Below are positions 11,117-19,570 of a stretch of DNA of 64,000 bases, piece by piece (within the stretch, counting starts at the first letter, position 1; each line of letters begins with the position of its first letter). The DNA is taken from the NCBI GenBank assembly GCA_963706185.1, contig CAVPLZ010000010.1, positions 118,710 through 182,709 on the forward strand, written 5' to 3'. The stretch comes from an uncultured Actinomycetota bacterium (GTDB lineage: Bacteria; Actinomycetota; Actinomycetes; Mycobacteriales; Nakamurellaceae). The position numbers were made by a program, and so were the translations under genes. The notes beneath the pieces were generated by a model. It did no database searches. It was given only the letters and a program-made list of their open reading frames with translations, and was not told the DNA's origin.

Positions 11117-11865
11117 TTGACCTCCCCGCGTCTGCGACGCTGGGCCGCGGTCGGCACCCTCACGGTTGCCGGTCTGCTTGCCGGAACCGGCATCGCCGCT
11201 GCCCACGTCACCGTCACGCCCACCCAATCCACCCAGGGCGGCTACGGCACGTTCACCTTCAAGGTGCCGAACGAGGCCGCGACCGCCAACACGATCAAGA
11301 TCGAGATCAAGATCCCGGCGGACACCCCCGTGCCGTCGGTCAGCTACGAACCGGTGCCCGGGTGGACCGTCGCCACCACCGAGGCACCGCTGCCCACGCC
11401 CCAGACGTCCGACGACGGCGTGCTGACCAAGTCGGTGCAGACCGTCACGTTCACCGCCGACCCGGGTACGAAGATCGCGCCCGGCCAGTTCCAGACGTTC
11501 AGCCTGTCCATGGGGCCGCTGCCCGAGGTCGCCTCGATCAGTTTCCCGACGATCCAGACCTACGACGACGGCTCCGCGGTCAACTGGACGGACCCCACCC
11601 CGGCCGACGGCAGCGAGCCGGAGCACCCGGCGCCGACCGTGGCGCTGGCCGCTGCGTCCGGCGACCACACCGCAACGACCGGCCGGCGCCCACCACGGGG
11701 GCAGCGAGCACCGGGCCCTCGGTGACCATCGATCCGCAGTCCGCTCAGGTCGAGCAGAAGAGTGACACGGCCGCCCGGGTACTCGCCGTCATCGGCATCC
11801 TGGTCGGCGCGGCCGGCCTGTTGGTCGGCGCGATCGGCCTGCGCCGGCATCGGGCCAAGCCGTGA
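11117..11865 (+). CDS. ycnI: YcnI/DUF1775 copper-binding membrane protein, frameshifted near 11690
   Basis: Signal peptide then AAAHVTV, FKVPNE, PVPGW, FPTIQTYDDG..W..EHPAP; C-terminal TM in a second frame. Confidence 0.88.
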
Positions 11866-11889
11866 CCGGGGTGCGCCGGCTGGCGAGCG

Positions 11890-12411
11890 GTGCTGGCCGT
11901 GCTGGTCGGCGCGATCGCGTTGTCCGTCGCCGCGGCACTGCCCGCTTCCGCGCACGACGTGCTCACCGGCTCCGACCCCGCCGACGGCGCGGTTCTGAAG
12001 ACGGCGCCGACGACGGTGACCCTGACCTTCGACCAGACGGTGCAGAACTTCGAACCGGTGATGACCGTGACCGGTCCGAACGGCAACCAGTTCCAGACCG
12101 GCTCGACCGAGGTCCGGGACAACACCGTGTCGACCGCGGTGGCCGGTTCGGGACCGGCCGGGCGCTACACGGTGGGGTACCGGGTCGTCTCGGCCGACGG
12201 CCATCCCGTCACCGGGTCGGTCAGCTACACCTTGGACCCGGCGGCGGCCGGCACGGCGACCGGCACCCCGGCGCCCGCGGGCACCGCCACCACCGAATCG
12301 AGCACCGGCCTGTCATGGTGGCTCTGGGTGGCGATCGGCGTCGCCGCACTGCTGGTGATCGCCGCGGTGCTGGTGATCCTGCGCCGGCCGCACGAGGACG
12401 AGGACGACTGA
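11890..12411 (+). CDS. copC: Copper resistance protein CopC with C-terminal TM anchor
   Basis: ASAHDVLTGSDPADGAVL..P..V.LTF, YRVVSADGHPVTGS. Confidence 0.92.
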   Translation: MLAVLVGAIALSVAAALPASAHDVLTGSDPADGAVLKTAPTTVTLTFDQTVQNFEPVMTVTGPNGNQFQTGSTEVRDNTVSTAVAGSGPAGRYTVGYRVVSADGHPVTGSVSYTLDPAAAGTATGTPAPAGTATTESSTGLSWWLWVAIGVAALLVIAAVLVILRRPHEDEDD

Positions 12412-12435
12412 CGACGAGCGACCCGCGGCGGCCGG

Positions 12436-13344
12436 TCAGTTCCCGGCCGCCGCGGGAGTTCGCCCGCCGGCGCGTTGCCGGTCCCGCACCGAACTCCAGC
12501 CGCGACGGGTGCGCAGCGCTCCGATCACCCGGCAGACCACGTAGATGCCGAACGAGATCGTCGTGACGTACGGGCTGATCGGCACGTAGCTGCCCAGCGC
12601 CAGCATGATCCCGCCGACCATGGAGACGAAACCGAAGGTCATCGACAGCACCCACACCCGGGTCGGCGAGGCGGTCACCCGCATCGCCGCGGCCGCCGGG
12701 GTGACCAGGATGGACAGCACCAGCAGCGCCCCGATGATCTGCACGGCCATGGCCACGGTCAGCCCCAGCACCAGCATGAAGATCGGCGAGAGGGCGCGCA
12801 CCGGGACGCCGCGAGCCTCGGCCAGTTCGCGATCGGTGCTGGCGAACACCAGCGGTCGCCAGATCACCAGCAGCACCGCGAGCACCACCACCGAGGTGCC
12901 GATCAACCAGCCGAGCTGCGGCGCGTCCACCGCCACGATCTGCCCGGTGAGCAGGCCGAACTTGTTCGACGCCCGCCCCTTGTACAGCGACAGGAACAGC
13001 ACGCCGAGGCCCAGGCCGAACGGCATCAGGACGCCGATCAACGAGTTCCGATCGCGGGCCCGGCTACCCAGGGTGCCGATGATCAGCGCGGCCAGCACGG
13101 ACCCGGTCATCGCACCGGCGACGACGTTGACCCCGAGCAACAGGGCCGCCGATGCGCCGGCGAACGACAGCTCACTGATCCCGTGCACCGCGAACGGCAG
13201 ATCCCGCATCAGGACGAACGTGCTGATCAGACCGCCCACCAGACCGAGCACGGCGCCGGCCAGGATCGAGTTGTGCAGCAACGACAGCAGGTCGCCGTAG
13301 TTGTCGAAGTTGAAGATGCTGCCCCAGAACCCGGTCCCGTTCAC
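12436..13344 (-). CDS. Zn/Mn ABC transporter permease (ZnuB-like)
   Basis: FAVHGISELSFAG, AEARGVP, QIIGALLVLSILVTPAAAA. Confidence 0.92.
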   Translation of the reverse strand: MNGTGFWGSIFNFDNYGDLLSLLHNSILAGAVLGLVGGLISTFVLMRDLPFAVHGISELSFAGASAALLLGVNVVAGAMTGSVLAALIIGTLGSRARDRNSLIGVLMPFGLGLGVLFLSLYKGRASNKFGLLTGQIVAVDAPQLGWLIGTSVVVLAVLLVIWRPLVFASTDRELAEARGVPVRALSPIFMLVLGLTVAMAVQIIGALLVLSILVTPAAAAMRVTASPTRVWVLSMTFGFVSMVGGIMLALGSYVPISPYVTTISFGIYVVCRVIGALRTRRGWSSVRDRQRAGGRTPAAAGN

Positions 13345-14297
13345 CCCGCCGTCCCCGCGTCGGGATGGTCCACGTGGTCGTGGGCGTGATCGTGGGCGAT
13401 GTGATCGGGGTGATCGGGGACACCGGCGACCAGGATGCGCCCGCCGGAGCGCACCACCTCGATCGGCACGCCGTAGAGCTCGGACAGCGTCGCCGAGCTG
13501 AGCACCTCGTCGATCGGCCCGACCCGGAACCGGCCGTTGGCCAGGTACAGCACCCGGTCTACGTAGGGCAGCACCGGATTGATCTCGTGGGTCACGAACA
13601 CCACGGCCGTGCCGGATGCGCGGCGCCGTCGGTCGATCAACGCGGTCACCGCGGACTGGCTGGCCAGGTCCAGCGACAGCAACGGTTCGTCGCAGAGCAG
13701 CAGGGCCGGATCGGCGACCAGGGCCTCGGCGATCCGGATCCGTTGCTGCTCACCACCGGAGAGCAGGCCCACCGGTTGATCGGCGTACCGGGCGGCGTCC
13801 ACCGCAACCAGGGCGGCCTCGATCCGCTGCCGGCGGGCGGCGGATGGCCAACCCGTCCCCCACCGGTGTCCGTCCAGCCCCTGGCCGACCAGGTCGCAGG
13901 CGCGCAGTGGGGTCAGCGGATCGATGCGGCGCTGCTGCTGGACGTAGCCGATGTGCCGACTGCCGCGGTGCGGCGGTTCCCCGGCCACCGACACCGAGCC
14001 CGCGGCCAACGACTGCAGCCCGAGGATCACCCGCAACAGGCTGGTCTTGCCCGAACCGTTCGAACCCAGGATGGCCAGGAACTCCCCGCGCTCGACCGTG
14101 AGGTTCAGGTCCGTCCAGAGCCGTCGGTCACCGAAGGCGAGCGATGCGTCCTCGAACCTCAGCGCGGCGACTCCCGGCCCGGGGGGAGAAACTCCGCCCA
14201 AATCGGGCACAATCCTGCGATCAAGTCCCCGCGGGCCGGGGGTCGGCCGGGTGCCGACGTCGCCGGGATCCTCGGGCGCCGGCAGGGGCTCAGCCAT
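13341..14297 (-). CDS. Zn/Mn ABC transporter ATP-binding protein with His-rich tail (ZnuC-like)
   Basis: GSNGSGKT, LSGGEQQR, LLCDEP, C-terminal DHPDHIAHDHAHDHVDH. Confidence 0.92.
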   Translation of the reverse strand: MAEPLPAPEDPGDVGTRPTPGPRGLDRRIVPDLGGVSPPGPGVAALRFEDASLAFGDRRLWTDLNLTVERGEFLAILGSNGSGKTSLLRVILGLQSLAAGSVSVAGEPPHRGSRHIGYVQQQRRIDPLTPLRACDLVGQGLDGHRWGTGWPSAARRQRIEAALVAVDAARYADQPVGLLSGGEQQRIRIAEALVADPALLLCDEPLLSLDLASQSAVTALIDRRRRASGTAVVFVTHEINPVLPYVDRVLYLANGRFRVGPIDEVLSSATLSELYGVPIEVVRSGGRILVAGVPDHPDHIAHDHAHDHVDHPDAGTAG

Positions 14298-14304
14298 CCG
14301 CTCA

Positions 14305-15275
14305 TCATCCCGTGGTGCGGGAGGCACCGGTGTCGAGGGCGGCGGCGAGTGCGGTGAGGTTGTCGTTCATCCAGCTCACGTAGTCCTTGCCGGCGGGCAG
14401 GGTCTCGGTGACGCCGACGACCGGGATGCCGTTGGACTTCGCGTCTTGGAGCACGGCCTCGGTCTGCGCACCGGTGGTCTGTTCGTTGTAGGCCAGCAGG
14501 GCGACCTGCTTGTCGCGAACAACGTCAAGGTCTCCTGCAACACCGCCGGGGGCACATCGGTGTCCTCCTCGATGGCCTCGCTGAACGCCGGGGGCGTCCT
14601 GTTGACCAGGCCGGCCGCGGTCAGCAGATACAGCGGGACGGGTTCGGTGATGGCCACCCCGGCGCCGCCATGGGCGGCCTTGATCCTGGCCTCGTCGCCC
14701 TGCATCCGGGTCAGGTCACCCTTGAACGCGGTGGCGTTCGCGGTGAAACCGGACGACCCGGAGGGGTCGGCCGTGCTCAGGGCCGCGGCCAGTTCATCGA
14801 CGACCTTCGCCATCGTGGGGAAGTCGTACCACACGTGTTCGTTCAGGTCGTCGCCCTGCTGCGCGGCGAAGCCGGAGATGTCGACGGCGTTGAGCACGGT
14901 GGGATCACCACCCGCGGTCTTGCGCAGCGTCTCGATGAAATCGTCGTAGCCACCGCCGTTCTCGATGATGATGTTCGCCTTCGACAGCGCCACCAAGGCC
15001 TGCGGCGAGGCCTCGAACGAGTGCGGATCCTGCGACGGGTCATTGATCAACGAGGTCACCTCGGCGGCGCCACCGGCGATGCGCTGCGCAATGTCGCCGT
15101 AGACGTTGGTGGACGCGACGATGCGGATCTTCGCGGTGCTCGCCGCACTCGAGCCGCCGACGCCCGACGCTGTCGTACTGGTCCCCCCCGAGTTGCCGCA
15201 TCCGGCCAGCACCAACGCGGTCACTGCGGTTCCGACCACGGCCAGTCCCCGCAGCGTCATCCTTCGGCCTCGCAC
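14305..15275 (-). CDS. Zn/Mn ABC substrate-binding lipoprotein (ZnuA-like), frameshifted near 14510
   Basis: LAGC lipobox, VASTNVYGDIA, QDPHSFE, NEHVWYD; C-terminus YNEQT..VTETLPAGKDYVSWM in another frame. Confidence 0.9.
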
Positions 15276-15296
15276 ACCGGCTCCTTTGTCACCAAC

Positions 15297-15313
15297 TTGA
15301 TAATCAGTATCAA
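15297..15313. promoter_or_regulatory. Zur-type box upstream of the metal ABC operon
   Basis: TTGATAATCAGTATCAA near-palindrome resembling the actinobacterial Zur 7-1-7 consensus TGAWAAYNRTTWTCA, 22 bp before the start. Confidence 0.75.
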
Positions 15314-15464
15314 TATAGCTGGTGACGTCTGCCGGTTTTCCCGCCCCCGACCGAGCGGCTCCGAGGATCGACTCGAACTTCTGGGAACAGAGGGACTGGT
15401 GCCGTCGACTTCGTCCTCGGCATCAGGGGGTGGTTGCCGGACAAGGCGGGCGTAGGTTCGCGCG

Positions 15465-16454
15465 GTGGGCGCGGTGGACGAAGGGCGACAACTCGGGCGG
15501 CAGTCCGATGGTCGTGCGCCCGACGAGTTGATCGACCTGGCACGACGGGCCGCGCCGGACCTGGGCCTGATCCCGGTCCGGATGGTCGAGAACGGTTGGG
15601 ACAACCGGGTTCTGTTTGCCGACGACCGAGACGCTCGGCGGTGGGTGTTCCGCTTCCCGCGCCGCATCGAGGTGGTCGCCGACCTCGATCGGGAGCGCAA
15701 GATCCTGCGGCTGGTACGACACCGACTAACGGTGGCGGTCCCGAACTGGAGGGTCGACAGGGTCATCGACGGCCAGGTCGTCGTCGGCTATCCGAGCGTG
15801 CCCGGCGGGCCGGCCGGATACGAACCCGACGGCGACGGCGACTTCAGTTTCACCATTCCGACCCCGCCGCCCGATCGCTATGCGCAATCGCTGGGCGAAG
15901 CGTTGGCCGCTCTACACAAGGTCGACGCGACCGACGTCGCGGCGACGCTCGGTGAAGGGCTCCCCGACCCGGCCGTCGCTCGCGACCGTTGGCGTGCCCT
16001 GCACGAGCGGGCGCGCGAGTCCGTCCCGATCCCGGGAGCACTCGCCGCCTTCTGGGCCCGGCAGGTGAACGATGATCGGCTGTGGGACTACCCCGTGGTC
16101 CTTCGGCACGGCGACGTACATCCCGAGCACACGCTGGTCGACGCCGACGCATCACTCACCGGGATCATCGACTGGACCGACGCCGGCCTCGGCGACCCCG
16201 CATCAGACTTCCTCGATCCGCGGCACGCCTTCGGACCTGCGTTCGGCGACCGACTGCTGGCCGTGTACCTCGCCGCCGGCGGCGTCGCCGACCCGGCGCT
16301 GGCGGAGCGAGTGGTGCTGCTGCAATCCATGGCACCGGTCCCCTCCTTCCTGTACGGGCTCGAAACCGACCGACCGGCCATCGCCGAACGTGGCCGGCAA
16401 CGCATCGCCGCCATGGCCGACCGACTGGAGCAGGTCGGTACACCGCTGCCGTGA
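15465..16454 (+). CDS. Macrolide 2'-phosphotransferase-like kinase (APH superfamily)
   Basis: RRWVFRFPRR, AVPNWRV, LAALH, HGDVHPEH, GIIDWTDA..DPA.D. Confidence 0.8.
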   Translation: MGAVDEGRQLGRQSDGRAPDELIDLARRAAPDLGLIPVRMVENGWDNRVLFADDRDARRWVFRFPRRIEVVADLDRERKILRLVRHRLTVAVPNWRVDRVIDGQVVVGYPSVPGGPAGYEPDGDGDFSFTIPTPPPDRYAQSLGEALAALHKVDATDVAATLGEGLPDPAVARDRWRALHERARESVPIPGALAAFWARQVNDDRLWDYPVVLRHGDVHPEHTLVDADASLTGIIDWTDAGLGDPASDFLDPRHAFGPAFGDRLLAVYLAAGGVADPALAERVVLLQSMAPVPSFLYGLETDRPAIAERGRQRIAAMADRLEQVGTPLP

Positions 16455-16479
16455 TCCCGGCCGGACGCCGCCTCGGCGG

Positions 16480-16495
16480 TCCGACGGTGGTCGTA
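16480..16495. promoter_or_regulatory. NarL/LuxR-type 7-2-7 site upstream of the kinase
   Basis: TCCGACG-GT-GGTCGTA, similar to the site at 18580; -10 TAGCGT at 16550 and leaderless ATG at 16562. Confidence 0.45.
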
Positions 16496-16561
16496 GTGCG
16501 CCGCGCCGGCCTCCGACCCACGGTGGATGAGCGCGGGCATCGGTCGCTCTAGCGTGGACGC

Positions 16562-17793
16562 ATGGACCGGACCCTGCGCGAGTGGTACCGGACGAACAAG
16601 GTCCCCGGGGACGCCGCCGTCGCCGGCTGCTTCTTCCTGGTCGCGTTGCTGCTCGGCTACCTGGTCGGGTTCAGCGGCACCTGGAACCTCGGACTGACCG
16701 TGCTGCTCTCGGCACCGCTGGTGCTGCGGCGGTCCGAACCCGAGATGATGTTCGTCGGCACCCTCGTCGTCTGCCTGTTCCAGGTGGCTGCCGCTCGGCC
16801 ACCGGTCGTCGCCGACCTCACGGTGTTGGTCGTGGTGCACGCGGTCAGCGCCTACAGCACCGCGACTCTGGCGGTACGCAGCGTTGGTCGCCGGCATCGT
16901 CGGGGCCGGGCTCGGTGCCGTGATCTGGTCGTCCCCGATCCGCAACCCGCAGCAGACCGCCGTTGCCTTCGGCCTGGCCGCAGTGTCGGTGGGGATCGCG
17001 TTCCTGATCGGCGACCGGCAACGGGACCGGGTCGACCGGGAGCAGGAACAGACCGCGAGTCGCGCCGAGCGGGAACGGTTGCTGACCATCGAGCGGGACC
17101 AGCGGTCCGAGATGACGGCAGCCACCGAGCGGGCCCGGATCGCCCGTGAACTGCACGACATCGTCGCCCACTCGCTGTCGGTGATCGTCGTGCAGGCCGA
17201 CGGCGGGCTGGCGGCGTCCAGGACGAAACCCGAGGTCGCGCCGCAAGTGCTGGCCACGATTGCGGAGACCAGCCGGGACGCGCTGGCCGAGATGCGGCGC
17301 ATGGTGGCGGTGCTGCGGGCGGGCGGTCCACCGGAGTCCGACCACCCGGACTACGCCCCGGCGCCCTCTGCCGCCGACCTGCCCGAGCTGGTCGACCAGG
17401 TGCGCCGGGCCGGTCTGCCGGTGGACCTGGTCGTCGCCGGGGCGCAGCGGCCGGTCGGTCCGGCCGTCGGGCTGACCATGTATCGCGTGGTCCAGGAGTC
17501 GCTGACCAACGTGCTCAAGCACGGCGGACCCCAGGCGCATGCCGAGGTGTCGGTGTTCTACGGACCGTCCGACGTGACCGTCACCGTGCTGGACGACGGC
17601 CGGGGCGCGGCGGCGACCGCGCCGCTCGACGGCACCGGCAACGGTCTGCTGGGCATGCGTGAACGGGTCGAGTTGCTGGGCGGGAGCGCTGGCCGCTCAT
17701 CCGCGCCCCGGTGGGGGCTTCCTGGTCTCCGCCTCCGTTCCGGCCGGCCGGCCGGAATCCGGGACGGCACCGGCAGGACCGAGATCGGCATGA
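16562..17793 (+). CDS. HisKA_3 sensor histidine kinase, frameshifted
   Basis: N-terminal TMs; ERARIARELHDIVAHSLS, RVVQESLTNVLKH, DDGRG, GNGLLGMRER. Confidence 0.9.
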
Positions 17794-18687
17794 CCGACCG
17801 GATCGGCGTCTTTCTGGTGGACGACCAGATGCTGGTCCGCACCGGGTTCGGCATGTTGATCAATGCCCAGGACGACCTGACGGTGGTCGGCGAGGCCGGC
17901 GACGGTGCGGCCGCGGTCGCCGCGCTGGCGCCGGGCCGGCCGGCCCGCGAAGCCGCCGACGTCGTGCTGATGGACGTCCGGATGCCGGTGATGGACGGGG
18001 TCGAGGCCACCCGCCGGATCACCGCGGAGCCCGACGGTCCGCGGGTGTTGGTGCTGACCACCTTCGACCTGGACGAGTACGTGTTCGCCGCGCTGCGGGC
18101 CGGGGCGTCGGGTTTCCTGCTCAAGGACGCCCGACCCGACGACCTGCTCGGCGCGATCCGCGCCGTCGCCGCCGGCGACGCCGTCGTCGCGCCCAGCGCC
18201 ACCCGCCGGCTGCTGGCCCACGTCACGCACGCCCTGCCGGCGCACCGCCGAGCCCGACCCGCGGCTGGCCACGCTGACCGCCCGGGAGCGGGAGGTGCTG
18301 CTGCAGGTGGCCGCCGGCGCCAGCAACGCCGAGATCGCGGCGTCGTTGTTCATGGCCGAGGCCACGGTCAAGACACACGTCGGGCATCTGCTGGCCAAGC
18401 TCGAGTGCCGGGACCGGGTCGGCCTCGTCGTCCTGGCCTACGAGTCCGGTCTGGTCCGGGCGGCGGCGTCGACCATCGGACCGGAGCACCCACCGGGCAG
18501 TGCTGTCGATGGCAACTCGACGAAGCGGAGAACGACGACGTCGGTGCCTTCGACGAATTCCGGTCCACGGTCGCCCGAGTACGACCACGGTCGTAGGCAG
18601 GCCCACCTCCCGTCGCACGGTCCGAGTTCCGATCCGATACGCGGCGCCGATTTCCCCGGCGCGGCCACGGACGAACGTGAACGGTGA
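17790..18687 (+). CDS. NarL/LuxR response regulator, frameshifted near 18245; true end may be earlier
   Basis: [32 protein letters not shown]; HTH LT.REREVL..SNAEIA..TVKTHV. Confidence 0.9.
18580..18595. promoter_or_regulatory. Perfect 7-2-7 inverted repeat, probable response-regulator site for the ABC exporter
   Basis: TACGACC-AC-GGTCGTA upstream of the ABC ATPase gene. Confidence 0.6.
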
Positions 18688-18729
18688 AGCGGCGCACCCG
18701 GCGCCGCCGCCCCGGAGGTTCAGCCGCAC

Positions 18730-19569
18730 ATGCGACCCGCTCCCGCCCCCACCTCGCCTCCCCAACCGACAGCACACCAGCAGACGGTCCACCAGCAGAC
18801 GGCACACTGGTCGACGGCCCACCGGCCGCTCGTGGGCGATCCGAACCGGCCGGCCGCCGCGGCCGAGAACCTGGTCAAGGTCTACGGCACCGGCGACACC
18901 GCGGTCCGGGCGCTGGACGGCGTCACGGTCGAGTTCGACTCCGGGTCGTTCACCGCGATCATGGGACCGTCCGGCTCCGGCAAGTCGACCCTGATGCACT
19001 GCCTGGCCGGGCTGGACACGGTCACCTCGGGTCGGGTCCGGCTGGGCGAGACGGATCTGTCCACGCTCGACGACCGGGCCCTGACCCGCGTCCGCCGGGA
19101 CCGGGTCGGGTTCGTCTTCCAGTCGTTCAACCTGCTGCCGACGCTCACCGCCGCACAGAACATCACCCTGCCGCTGGATCTGGCCGGTCGCCGGGCGGAT
19201 CCCGCGCTGTTCGACGCGCTCGTCGACTCGCTGCGGATCGCCGACCGAATGACCCACCGGCCCGGTGAGCTGTCCGGGGGCCAGCAGCAACGGGTCGCCA
19301 TCGCCCGGGCGATGATCACCCGCCCGGACGTGCTGTTCGCCGACGAACCGACCGGCGCGCTGGACACCGCGACCGGCCACAGCCTGCTCGCCTATCTGCG
19401 CACCACCAGCCGGGAACTCGGTCAGACCATCGTGCTGGTCACCCACGATCCGATGGCCGCTGCCTACGCCGATCGGGTCGTCCTGCTCGCCGACGGCCGC
19501 ACGGCGGGCGAGCTGACCCAGCCGGACGCCGATTCCGTGCTGACCGCGGTCCGCCGGTTGGGCGCCTGA
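18730..19569 (+). CDS. ABC exporter ATP-binding protein (LolD/MacB-like)
   Basis: [41 protein letters not shown]. Confidence 0.93.
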   Translation: MRPAPAPTSPPQPTAHQQTVHQQTAHWSTAHRPLVGDPNRPAAAAENLVKVYGTGDTAVRALDGVTVEFDSGSFTAIMGPSGSGKSTLMHCLAGLDTVTSGRVRLGETDLSTLDDRALTRVRRDRVGFVFQSFNLLPTLTAAQNITLPLDLAGRRADPALFDALVDSLRIADRMTHRPGELSGGQQQRVAIARAMITRPDVLFADEPTGALDTATGHSLLAYLRTTSRELGQTIVLVTHDPMAAAYADRVVLLADGRTAGELTQPDADSVLTAVRRLGA

Positions 19570-19570
19570 G

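Noticed and set aside
16884-18596. Hybrid kinase-receiver fusion protein of 570 aa
   Set aside because: Best explained by an indel near 17690; the regulator has its own ATG at 17790 in an ATGA context.
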